64,000 nucleotides of DNA from Candidatus Hadarchaeota archaeon. Lineage in GTDB: Archaea > CAYQAE01 > CAYVLA01. The DNA is taken from positions 1 through 64,000 of the forward strand of contig CAYVLA010000008.1 in NCBI GenBank assembly GCA_964452145.1, read 5' to 3'. The notes below the pieces were generated by a model. It searched no databases and was not told the origin of the DNA. It was given only the letters and a program-made list of their open reading frames with translations. Position 1 is the stretch's first letter. Each line of letters begins with the position of its first letter. The position numbers and the translations under genes were made by a program. Below are positions 28,997 to 38,019 of the stretch, piece by piece.

Positions 28997-29083
28997 CAAA
29001 GGGCCGATTCTGCATCAAATCGCCCGCTAGAAAAGATTGTTAAGCCTTATTCTGGGGGAACGGTCCCAAAAAGAGTTGATCCC

Positions 29084-29653
29084 TTGTCCAACGTGGTCGA
29101 GATTCGATGGCATGGGAGAGGCGGACAGGGTGTGAAGACCGCCGCCGAGATCCTGGCCGAGGCTGCAATAAGGGATGGCAAGTACGTTCAATCGTTTCCT
29201 GAGTATGGCCCGGAGAGGATGGGCGCGCCTGTCGTCGCCTACAACAGGCTATCGATCGAGCGCATTGATCTGCACAGCAACGTCTACAATCCAGGCCACG
29301 TGGTCGTTCTGGATTCGACGCTGATGGATTCGACCGACGTGACCGAGGGCTTGGGCCCCAAGGGCACTCTTCTCGTAAACACCTCATTGTCTGTTGAGGA
29401 GATCCGGAGCAAGACCAAGTTTCCGGGAAGGATCTACACCGTCGATGCGTCCAGAATAGCCAGGGAGGAGATCGGCAGGCCGATTGCCAATACGACCTGT
29501 CTCGGCGCCTTCGTCAAGGTATCAGGCCTCACGCAACTGGACAGAATCAAGGAGTCGACCCGGGGACATCTGGGCAGCAAGCTGGGAGAGAAGGTGATAC
29601 AGGCCAATATGAGGGCCCTGGAGAGGGCGTACGAGGAGGTAAAGCTTGCATGA
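29084..29653 (+). CDS. porG: Pyruvate:ferredoxin oxidoreductase gamma subunit
   Basis: EIRWHGRGGQG, FPEYGPERMGAPV. Confidence 0.92.
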   Translation: MSNVVEIRWHGRGGQGVKTAAEILAEAAIRDGKYVQSFPEYGPERMGAPVVAYNRLSIERIDLHSNVYNPGHVVVLDSTLMDSTDVTEGLGPKGTLLVNTSLSVEEIRSKTKFPGRIYTVDASRIAREEIGRPIANTTCLGAFVKVSGLTQLDRIKESTRGHLGSKLGEKVIQANMRALERAYEEVKLA

Positions 29654-29931
29654 GCGAAAAACCGGGTTGGAAGAAGATACCTGTGGCCGGCCTCATCTTG
29701 GAAGCCGGGAACGCGGCCGAGTACAAGACCGGGGAGTGGAGGACGGAGAGACCGGTTATCAACAGGGATCTCTGCACGGATTGTCTTACCTGCTGGATTC
29801 ACTGCCCCGACTCCTCGATCATCGTCGAGAACGGCGAGTTCAAGGACTTCGATCTGGATCACTGCAAGGGCTGCGGAATCTGCATGTCAGTCTGCCCCAA
29901 GAAAGCAATTCGCATGGAGCCTGAGAGGTGA
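29650..29931 (+). CDS. porD: Pyruvate:ferredoxin oxidoreductase delta subunit
   Basis: KTGEWR..RP, CTDCLTCWIHCP, CKGCGICMSVCP. Confidence 0.92.
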   Translation: MSEKPGWKKIPVAGLILEAGNAAEYKTGEWRTERPVINRDLCTDCLTCWIHCPDSSIIVENGEFKDFDLDHCKGCGICMSVCPKKAIRMEPER

Positions 29932-29936
29932 GCTGC

Positions 29937-31118
29937 ATGGCCAAGATTCTACCCCTCAACGGCGACGACGCAGCTGCCTACGCCATGAAGCAGATAGACC
30001 CCGATGTTGTCGCGGCGTACCCCATCACGCCCCAGACCGAACTCATGCAGAACTTCTCGCAGTTCGTGGCAGATGGCGAGGTCCAGACAGAACTCATAGT
30101 GGCCGAGTCCGAACACAGCGCCATGAGCGCCTGCGTCGGCGCCTCGGCGGCCGGTGGGAGGGTCATGACTGCGACCTCGTCCCAGGGACTTGCCCTCATG
30201 TGGGAGATCCTGTACATCGCCTCCTCCTACAGGCTGCCCGTGATCATGAATGTGATTAACAGAACCCTATCAGGACCCATCAACATACACTGTGACCACT
30301 CGGATACCATGGGTGCAAGGGATTCCGGGTGGCTCCAGCTCTATGGGGAGAACCCGCAAGAGGCCTATGACAACACGATCCAGGCCGTGCGGATAGCCGA
30401 GCACATGGACCTCAGGCTGCCCGTGATGTGCTGCATGGATGGCTTCATCACCTCCCATGCCGTGGAACGCGTCGAGCTACTGGAAGACCGGTCAGTGAAG
30501 GACTTCGTGGGCGAGTTTGTGCCCACCCACCCCCTCTTGGACATAGACAACCCTGTGACCTATGGCCCCCTGGACCTGTACGACTACTTCTTCGAGCACA
30601 AGAGGCAGCAGGTCGAAGCCATGTCCAAGGCCGAGAGGATCGTGAGGGAGATCGCCCTCGAGTACGAGAAGGCAAGCGGCCGATCCTATGGAATACTGGA
30701 ACCATACAAGATGGAGGATGCAGAGACCGCGGTGGTTGTTCTGAGCAGCACCGCGGGCACCACCAGGGCCACGGTCAAGGACCTGAGGAAATCAGGGAAG
30801 AGGGTCGGGATGGTCAAGGTGCGCTGCTTCCGGCCTTTCCCGAGGGAGGGGATTGTCGCTCTCCTGAAGGGTGTCAAGGCCGTTGCGGTGATGGACAGGT
30901 CCGACGGACTCGGGTCCTACGGAGCACCGGTATTCAACGAGGTCAGGAATGCCTTGTACGACTCCTCCGAGAAGCCGGAGATCGTCAACTACGTCTACGG
31001 CCTCGGCGGCCGCGACATCGGCCAGCAGGACATCGCCACCGTCTACTCTGACCTTGAGAAGATAGCCTCCACAGGAAGGGTCAAGCAGAGGGTGAGCTAC
31101 CTGGGAGTGAGGGAATAG
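29937..31118 (+). CDS. porA: Pyruvate:ferredoxin oxidoreductase alpha subunit
   Basis: AAYPITPQT, ESEHSAMS, TATSSQGL, YGLGGRD. Confidence 0.93.
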   Translation: MAKILPLNGDDAAAYAMKQIDPDVVAAYPITPQTELMQNFSQFVADGEVQTELIVAESEHSAMSACVGASAAGGRVMTATSSQGLALMWEILYIASSYRLPVIMNVINRTLSGPINIHCDHSDTMGARDSGWLQLYGENPQEAYDNTIQAVRIAEHMDLRLPVMCCMDGFITSHAVERVELLEDRSVKDFVGEFVPTHPLLDIDNPVTYGPLDLYDYFFEHKRQQVEAMSKAERIVREIALEYEKASGRSYGILEPYKMEDAETAVVVLSSTAGTTRATVKDLRKSGKRVGMVKVRCFRPFPREGIVALLKGVKAVAVMDRSDGLGSYGAPVFNEVRNALYDSSEKPEIVNYVYGLGGRDIGQQDIATVYSDLEKIASTGRVKQRVSYLGVRE

Positions 31119-31130
31119 GAGGTCGATGAA

Positions 31131-32078
31131 ATGCCAAGTCTCAAACAGCTGTCAGACAGACAGGAACGACTCTCTCCAGGCCACAGGCTCTGCGCAGGCT
31201 GCGGCGCATCCGTTGCGGTAAGACAGATACTGCTGTCCACGGAACTCCCCCTGATAGCCTCCTGTGCCACGGGCTGCCTAGAGGTCGCCACCACCATCTA
31301 TCCCTTCACAGCCTGGAGGATACCCTTCATACACAACGCCTTCGAGAACTCCGCCGCCACAATCACCGGCGTCGAGACCATGTACAGGGCGCTGAGGAAA
31401 CGGGGCAAGATCCCGGCTGACCGGAGGATCAAGTTCATAGCCTTCGGGGGCGATGGAGGAACATACGATATCGGGCTTCAGGCACTCTCAGGCGCCCTGG
31501 AGAGGGGTCACGACTTCACCTATGTCTGCTACGACAACGAGGCCTACATGAACACCGGAATCCAGCGATCAAGCGCCACCCCGATCGGAGCCCACACCAC
31601 CACGAGCCCATGCGGAGAAGTGATTCCGGGCAAGAAGGAGTACAAGAAGAACCTGACCGAGATAGTCGTAGCCCACAACATCCCGTACGCGGCCCAGGCG
31701 ACTCCCTCCTACTATATGGACCTGATAAACAAGGCCAACAAGGCCATCGAGACCGACGGCCCCACCTTCCTGAACGTCCTCGCGCCGTGCCCCCGGGGCT
31801 GGAGGGTCGACGCAACCAAGTTCTCGGAGCTGGGGAAGGCGGCCGTTGAGACATGCGTTTGGCCGCTTTACGAGGTTATCGAAGGCAAGTACGTCCTGAA
31901 CGGAGTCACCAAGCGGATCGCCGAGGCCAAGGCCGAGAAGAGGCCCCTGACGGATTGGCTCAGCATGCAGGGCAGATTCAGACACCTTTTTAGCGAGAAA
32001 GGCAAGCCGGTGATCGAGGCTGCCCAAGCGAAGGTCGACCGGGACTGGGAGAGACTCAAGGCACTGGCTTCTCTCTGA
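31131..32078 (+). CDS. porB: Pyruvate:ferredoxin oxidoreductase beta subunit
   Basis: GHRLCAGCG, TGCLEV, GGDGGTYDIG, DNEAYMNTGIQRS, PCPRGW. Confidence 0.93.
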   Translation: MPSLKQLSDRQERLSPGHRLCAGCGASVAVRQILLSTELPLIASCATGCLEVATTIYPFTAWRIPFIHNAFENSAATITGVETMYRALRKRGKIPADRRIKFIAFGGDGGTYDIGLQALSGALERGHDFTYVCYDNEAYMNTGIQRSSATPIGAHTTTSPCGEVIPGKKEYKKNLTEIVVAHNIPYAAQATPSYYMDLINKANKAIETDGPTFLNVLAPCPRGWRVDATKFSELGKAAVETCVWPLYEVIEGKYVLNGVTKRIAEAKAEKRPLTDWLSMQGRFRHLFSEKGKPVIEAAQAKVDRDWERLKALASL

Positions 32079-32085
32079 AGGGTCG

Positions 32086-32397
32086 GTGGGGGCCCGGTTG
32101 GGCGGCGACTTCTACGCCAAGTTGTTGGTCATCGTGGACCTGGTTGCTCTGCTCGCAATGAGGAGATACCTTGGCAGCCCGTATATCGTGGCGCTCTTCG
32201 CATTGCTGCTCGTCATCGTCTGGATACAGATCCATCGGATGCTCTGCCGAGGGTCTTTCGCTCCGGCCGCCTTGCTCGCCGTTCTTTCAGCCATCGGGCT
32301 CTATGTCCCGGAGCCTCACGTGAGAACGATCTCCCTTGCCGTTGTTGTGCCCTCCCTGGGGTCGGCGATCCGGCTCCTGATGTCTGCCAGCTGTTAG
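32086..32397 (+). CDS. Small 4-TM hypothetical membrane protein
   Basis: Hydrophobic ORF filling the gap after porB. Confidence 0.55.
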   Translation: MGARLGGDFYAKLLVIVDLVALLAMRRYLGSPYIVALFALLLVIVWIQIHRMLCRGSFAPAALLAVLSAIGLYVPEPHVRTISLAVVVPSLGSAIRLLMSASC

Positions 32398-32468
32398 GGT
32401 GAGAGGCCGACCGAAACCAACCACAATTTATTAGCGCCAGGATGGGATCCAATCTGGGACAGGGCAAG

Positions 32469-33506
32469 TTGAAGGTTACCCCGATCGCCACCAACCTCAT
32501 TGGCAGTTTCCCCCTTGAGAACACGCCCCAGAGCTTCGCTAGGGCTATCGATGATCAGGTTTCCGCAGGGCTGGACTACGTAAGCTGCCCCCAGCTGTCG
32601 GATATGAACCTGATGTTCCTAGAACCGCTCGTCGAGGAAGGAGCCCTACATCGCGAAGGGAGCAGTTTCACCGTGCCCCAGGACTTCGAGCCGCGATTGA
32701 CAGGACCGGTGGTGAGCTGGGTCGAGGAGGCACGTGACCATCTCAGGAGGGCAACCGGCAACGTTCCTTTGAAGTCATGCGTCACCGGCCCCTTCACTCT
32801 GCTGAGCCGCTTGCAGGTCGAAGGTCTTGGACACCGACCATTTCCCGCAGGTTATGCAGATATTATCGTGCATGACTCATGGGTGTTGGAGAGAATGGCC
32901 AAGTACGTCCGACGCATCTGCAGGAGATACTCAACCATCACCTCGATGGTCAGCGTCGATGAACCCTTTCTCTCGGTGATCGTTGGAAGCAGGAGGAATC
33001 TCCTGGAGCTGAACATGAGCCGGGCCCAGGCCTCGGATATCGTCGAGGAGACCCTGGAGCAGTGCTTAGGCGGCATCGGGTCGCTGTCCTGCATCCATGC
33101 GTGTGGTGCCATCGGGAAACCGCTGGCCGAGATGCTGCTGGGAACAAGCGTGAACATCATCAGCCACGAGTTCTCCGAGATGGCCCGCAACTTCGAATCG
33201 TACGCGCCAGACGACCTAGAGTCAAACGGCAAGATCCTCTCGGTTGGCGTTGTGTCCACCAAACCGACGACCGACCAGGGAGGATCGGAGCCGGTTGAGC
33301 GCGTTGAAAAGAGGATGGAGGCCGCGATCACCAGGTACGGGGCCGATAACGTGATCTTCTCGCCTGATTGCGGTTTCCGGCCGCTGGGCGACCTTTTGGG
33401 AATGGAGAAGGGATATGCCCTGACGCTCCGCAAGATGCAGAATCTGACCCGGGCGAGACGTAACGTCGCCATGAGGCTGGGCCTGCTGACCGCCGAGACA
33501 AGGTAG
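32469..33506 (+). CDS. Cobalamin-independent methionine synthase catalytic-domain family protein (start TTG 32469 or ATG 32442)
   Basis: IGSFP, VTGPFTL, VDEPFL, IHACG, SHEF, SPDCG. Confidence 0.8.
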   Translation: MKVTPIATNLIGSFPLENTPQSFARAIDDQVSAGLDYVSCPQLSDMNLMFLEPLVEEGALHREGSSFTVPQDFEPRLTGPVVSWVEEARDHLRRATGNVPLKSCVTGPFTLLSRLQVEGLGHRPFPAGYADIIVHDSWVLERMAKYVRRICRRYSTITSMVSVDEPFLSVIVGSRRNLLELNMSRAQASDIVEETLEQCLGGIGSLSCIHACGAIGKPLAEMLLGTSVNIISHEFSEMARNFESYAPDDLESNGKILSVGVVSTKPTTDQGGSEPVERVEKRMEAAITRYGADNVIFSPDCGFRPLGDLLGMEKGYALTLRKMQNLTRARRNVAMRLGLLTAETR

Positions 33507-33515
33507 GGGATTCAA

Positions 33516-33899
33516 CTGGCGTCGGAGGGAGAGTGCGATCTGTGCGGCCAGAGGAGCTTCATGCCCTATCGCTGTCGCTACTGTGGCGGCACGTACTGCC
33601 CCGATCACCGTCTGCCGGAAAACCACCAATGCCCGGGATTGACCAACCTTAAGGATAACCCGCGATGGAGGGACTATGCTGCACAGGTCCGCAGAAGGGA
33701 TGCTACCCTTGTCCCCAGGCATGACAGATGGGACAGGGAAGAGGAGTCCGCACGCTCGCGGATCTTCGGCGGTTCTTCGAGATCCCCGTTCGGTGCCCCG
33801 GTCCGTGCATCCAGAGATATCGAATCGATCAGAAACGCCTTCGCAGGCCTACTCATGGTGCTCTTAGTCCTCGCCCTGATGATAAGGTTACTACTCTGA
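33516..33899 (+). CDS. AN1-type zinc finger protein with C-terminal TM helix (probable non-ATG start upstream of 33561)
   Basis: CDLC...MPYRCRYCGGTYCPDHRLPENHQC; the first CxxC lies upstream of the first ATG. Confidence 0.8.
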   Translation: MASEGECDLCGQRSFMPYRCRYCGGTYCPDHRLPENHQCPGLTNLKDNPRWRDYAAQVRRRDATLVPRHDRWDREEESARSRIFGGSSRSPFGAPVRASRDIESIRNAFAGLLMVLLVLALMIRLLL

Positions 33900-33918
33900 A
33901 AGGAGTCAACGAATTCCC

Positions 33919-34725
33919 TTGAAGCTAAGGATTGCCTCCTCAATTCCGGCCCTCTCTGAGAACAGAGTGCTCTGCACCGATGCCCTTGAGACATCCTCCG
34001 ACCTAAGTCTCAGCGCCGTGGAGATCAAGCTGGGACGGGACGGACTCGTATCGCAGGACATGAGAGGCTGGCTTGCAGATGCGCTCGGTGGCTACGGGTT
34101 CAAGCCCTACTGCCATCTCCCGTACTTACACGGAGAAGTCAACATAGCGAGCCCCGACGCCTCTCTCGGATCGGCCGCAGTTGCGATCATGCTGGAGAGC
34201 ATCGAATACGCCGCCCGAATCGGGTGTGACACGGTGAACACCCATATCGGAGTTGCCCTGGGGAACGGACCCCACATCCCAAGGGCGGCAAAGAGACTGG
34301 AGAGCATGGCGGCCCAATCAACCGATTTGGGGATAACGATCTGCGTGGAGAACCAGGAAGCCAGCTGCAGAGGGATTCTGAATGGCCCAGAGGACTTCGG
34401 CACACTCATCGATCTGAGCGAAGACATCGCGTTGACCTACGACCCGGGCCATGGCAACACGCATGGTTACGGAGTCCAAGCTTTCCTTCCGATCGTCTTG
34501 TCGAACCTTGCCTATCTACATCTCCACGATAACAGCGGCCGCAGCGACGAGCATCTGGCCCTGGGACAGGGCAACATCGATTTCGCCCTGCTCCTTGCCG
34601 GATTGGCCGGGCACCGATTCCATCCGAAGGAGCTTCCGGCGACACTGGAGCTCTCCTTGAGGGATCTCGAACCATCGCGGGAATACCTGAGAAAGGCGGC
34701 GGGAAGCGGACTGGAATTGGTGTGA
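33919..34725 (+). CDS. Sugar phosphate isomerase/epimerase / AP-endonuclease-2 TIM barrel
   Basis: HLPY..NIASP, VEN, YDPGH, HLHDN.G..DEHL.LG.GNIDF. Confidence 0.85.
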   Translation: MKLRIASSIPALSENRVLCTDALETSSDLSLSAVEIKLGRDGLVSQDMRGWLADALGGYGFKPYCHLPYLHGEVNIASPDASLGSAAVAIMLESIEYAARIGCDTVNTHIGVALGNGPHIPRAAKRLESMAAQSTDLGITICVENQEASCRGILNGPEDFGTLIDLSEDIALTYDPGHGNTHGYGVQAFLPIVLSNLAYLHLHDNSGRSDEHLALGQGNIDFALLLAGLAGHRFHPKELPATLELSLRDLEPSREYLRKAAGSGLELV

Positions 34726-34734
34726 GGCGATCGG

Positions 34735-35204
34735 ATGGATGCATTGGAACGCCTCCAGGAAAGCTACCTGCAGAGGCTGGAATCGGATCTGGCATCACTC
34801 CGCAGCTCGGCGAGGAGGCATAGGGCGAACGCCGCCTGGAAAGACAGGAGAGCCGTCATTCACTGCCATTCGCATCTGTCGCCGTGCTGAATCCGGAACG
34901 CGGACTTGGATCGAGGATCGGGGGCAGGCGTGTGGTCCTCTCGCCGGACAGCTACCAGACCAGCTTCCGCCATGTCGGGACCCACATGCTCCTGGATGAC
35001 CTAACCGCGGAAAGCCTCGCGCAGTGTCTGAAAATGGGTCGCTGCTATGTCTCCTTTGACTGGATCATGGAGCCCGAGGGTTTCTCGTACATCTGGGAAA
35101 CCTCCCGAGCCTCCGGATCCATGGGCGATCAGATCGGGTTGTCCGATAGGCCTCTCCTCTCCGCTCGCCTCCCCGTCCGGGCCACGGCTGAGCCTAGGTC
35201 ATGA
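34735..35204 (+). pseudogene. Fragmented PHP-domain protein (internal deletion or frameshift)
   Basis: 34735-34890 ends IHCHSHLSPC*; a different frame continues with DSYQTSFRHVGTH...L..GRCYVSFD. Confidence 0.55.
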
Positions 35205-35877
35205 AGTCCGCCAGTATCTCGTTCTGTGTTCTCCTGTTGAGATAGATGTCGTCGATGGCTTTGCGGGCCTTCTCCCTTTGCCCCAGTTCCATGAGGTAGT
35301 CGACATACTCCTGGTCCAGCTTCGTAAGCAGATGGGCCTGCCTCTCCCTCTTTCTGTCCTCAAAGGCCTCTCTGGCGCTGTCCAGTATCTTCTTGGCGTC
35401 TTCTCTCGCACCCATCTCCTGCAGGAGATCGATGTACTCCTTGTCCAGGGGCGAAAGGAAGCTGTCCTGGGAGCTCTTCGCCCTGTCGTAGGCATCCTCC
35501 AGCAATCTCCCTGCATCGTCCTCTTCGCCCTGGTCGACCATCTTCCTGAAACGCTCGTACTCCACCTGGGTCAGGAGGGTATCGGGCTCCCTTTTGATCT
35601 TGGAGTATGCCTCGTCGATGAGCCTCCTAGCCTCCTGGCGGTAGTCGAGCTTCATCAGGGCCTGGATGTACTCCTTGTCCATTTCGGAAAGGAACATGCT
35701 TCTGTTCTCCAGCCCGGGGGAATTCCCTTCCTTCGAATCCTTGTCCATTGGCACGTCCTCCTTGCTCTCCCTCGCCACCCTTCTGCTCACGTCCTGCATC
35801 CTGCTCTCTTTGGTGATGCCCAGCATATCCGTCGCCTCGGTGACCTCTGAAGAGCGATCCGCTCGCAGATATTTCAC
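35194..35877 (-). CDS. Acidic helical protein with four ~39-aa tandem repeats
   Basis: Repeated L[ST]x[LM]DxEY...G..E.AR..[IL]D unit. Confidence 0.7.
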   Translation of the reverse strand: MKYLRADRSSEVTEATDMLGITKESRMQDVSRRVARESKEDVPMDKDSKEGNSPGLENRSMFLSEMDKEYIQALMKLDYRQEARRLIDEAYSKIKREPDTLLTQVEYERFRKMVDQGEEDDAGRLLEDAYDRAKSSQDSFLSPLDKEYIDLLQEMGAREDAKKILDSAREAFEDRKRERQAHLLTKLDQEYVDYLMELGQREKARKAIDDIYLNRRTQNEILADFMT

Positions 35878-36018
35878 AATATCTGAGACAGACCGAACAT
35901 TTTGCCATATAAATATAAATATTTCGCATCCCTCCTCTCTTTAGTTACAAAGTTTCTGATGCCTTCCCGCAAAAAGCGGATCGAAGCCTATAAAAGGATC
36001 CCTTCGGATCACGGGCAT

Positions 36019-36927
36019 GTGGCCGGCGTCATCGGATTCGGGGCCTTGAACGTAGATAAGATAATGATGGTGGACAAGATACCGGGCCCCGATGAGGAGG
36101 GATGCGTGCTTTCGGTTCAGAGCCACCCGGGGGGCTCCGCGGCGAACACCGTCGTTGGACTATCGAGGCTCGGCGTGAGAACGGGATACATCGGCAAGGT
36201 CGGGAACGATGCCGATGGCGGGGCCCTGCTTCGGGATCTCGAAAACGAGCGAGTTGAGACCGCGGGGGTGAGGGCATGCGAGGGCAGAAGCGGGGTTTGT
36301 ATGTCCCTGGTTGACGGAACCGGACTCCGTTCACTCCTTGTCGATCCCGGCGTGAACGACGCCATAGCCTTGGAGGAAGTCAGCCTGGACTACGTGAGAA
36401 CATTTGAGCTCATCCATATGACTTCCTTCATGTGCAGAGCGACGGATCTATCGTTTCGAACCCAGCTGGCACTTGCCCAAGAGCTCAACGTCCCCATAAC
36501 CCTAGACCCTGGACAGCTGTATGCGGAAAGAGGAACAGCACAACTGGAACCCATCATCCGAAGGTGCAGAGCCATGCTCCCAAACCGCAGAGAACTGAAG
36601 CTCATGACAGGTCTGGGTCCGAAGGGAGGAGCCCGAAAGCTGCTCGGACTCGGCGCGGAAATGGTCGTGGTCAAGATGGGCATGAGAGGATGCTATGTCA
36701 CCGATGGCGATCTCGAGTGCCGCATTCCGGCCTTCGGCGGAAGGGGGATCGACACCACCGGTGCGGGTGACGCCTTCAACGCTGGCTTCATCTGGGGACT
36801 GCTCAAGGGGCTCACCCTCCCCGAGTGCGCCGCGGCAGGCGCCAAGGTCGCATGGTTCTCGGTCCAGAAGATCGGGGCCCGTGCCGGGCTGCCCTCCTTG
36901 GAGGACCTGAGCTCCCCGCACTCCTAG
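36019..36927 (+). CDS. PfkB/ribokinase-family carbohydrate or nucleoside kinase
   Basis: GALNVD, PGGSAANT, PN..E, DTTGAGDAFNAGF. Confidence 0.9.
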   Translation: MAGVIGFGALNVDKIMMVDKIPGPDEEGCVLSVQSHPGGSAANTVVGLSRLGVRTGYIGKVGNDADGGALLRDLENERVETAGVRACEGRSGVCMSLVDGTGLRSLLVDPGVNDAIALEEVSLDYVRTFELIHMTSFMCRATDLSFRTQLALAQELNVPITLDPGQLYAERGTAQLEPIIRRCRAMLPNRRELKLMTGLGPKGGARKLLGLGAEMVVVKMGMRGCYVTDGDLECRIPAFGGRGIDTTGAGDAFNAGFIWGLLKGLTLPECAAAGAKVAWFSVQKIGARAGLPSLEDLSSPHS

Positions 36928-38015
36928 CCCAGAACGCCTATCCCTCTGCCCCGGACCCTCTTCCTGAAGGCCTCGCTCTCCCGAATCACCGACTGGACAT
37001 CGCTCTTCTCCAGCCAAAAAACTCTCGGATGGGAGCCGCCATGCGCCGAGGCCTTCACCAGCCCGCTGCAGACTTCCGCACTGACCAGTCCCTTGGACTT
37101 CAGCTCCTCCAGGACACGGCGGTCCCATTGCCCCGAGGCATCCTCCAGTCCCTCCAAGCCTGCTTGCCGATGAATCTCGATGACGGCCGCGGTGGCCCAG
37201 CAGGATTCCGACAGCACCGCAACGTTGGAGTTCCGAATCGAATACCTGTTTCCGTTGAAGGAGAGCGCAAGGGCCCCGGATGCCCTCGCCTCCGAGAGCA
37301 TGACGCAATCGGTAATGCTGTCCCCGACCACGCGTGATTGGTCCAGCGACTTGCCCTGACGTGCCAGGGCCTCCAGCAGGGCCTCGTACTTGCGCTTTCC
37401 GCCCACGGGTTTCACACTCTCCATCAGGATGGAGAAGGAAGTGCGAGGCAACACCTCCCAGAAGAACTCGTCAAGGGCCTCCTTGGCCTCTATGCAGGAA
37501 CGGGAGATATGTCCGGACTCGTCCGCATGGATCGTCGGCATCCTGGCAATCTTCCTCGTCCATTCCCTGACCATGGCTGCATCCTCGCTTCGAATCTCGA
37601 TGGATAGATCGTCGACCGGAAATCGTGTGTAGAAGGCCTTCCCCTTCTCCGCGCCCAGGAGCGACAAGACGGATTCCACGTACTGCTCGTAGGAGGTCGA
37701 GATGATGTAGAACTCGTCCATCTCCTTTATGTGAGCTATCACCTCCCTGGCATCCGGAATCAGCCGTGTATTCTCAGGGGACAGGCCCAACTCCCTCAAC
37801 GATCTGTCGTTGGCCCCGTGTGCGATCAGCAGAGGCGCAATCAGCATCAGGGTATCCCCGGGCTCGTACCCGGGTGCCCGCTCCACGAAGAACCGAACGT
37901 CATCATAGGAGGAAAGAACCGTGAAGACCCGGTCTCCCTCGGGAACCATTCTGGCCACCGCGTCGAATGCGTGATCGGCCTTCACCCACGGACCTTCCAG
38001 GTCCGACTCTACCAC
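36924..38015 (-). CDS. HAD-superfamily hydrolase-like protein (EhaR-like family)
   Basis: SDLEGP, YDD, YEPGDTL, ISTSYEQY, VGDSITD, SFNGN.Y. Confidence 0.7.
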   Translation of the reverse strand: MVESDLEGPWVKADHAFDAVARMVPEGDRVFTVLSSYDDVRFFVERAPGYEPGDTLMLIAPLLIAHGANDRSLRELGLSPENTRLIPDAREVIAHIKEMDEFYIISTSYEQYVESVLSLLGAEKGKAFYTRFPVDDLSIEIRSEDAAMVREWTRKIARMPTIHADESGHISRSCIEAKEALDEFFWEVLPRTSFSILMESVKPVGGKRKYEALLEALARQGKSLDQSRVVGDSITDCVMLSEARASGALALSFNGNRYSIRNSNVAVLSESCWATAAVIEIHRQAGLEGLEDASGQWDRRVLEELKSKGLVSAEVCSGLVKASAHGGSHPRVFWLEKSDVQSVIRESEAFRKRVRGRGIGVLG

Positions 38016-38019
38016 GGGC

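Noticed and set aside
33504..33506. In-frame TAG between the MetE-like gene and the AN1 protein as pyrrolysine recoding
   Set aside because: No pyl genes in the window, TAG is a common true stop here, and both domains are complete as separate proteins
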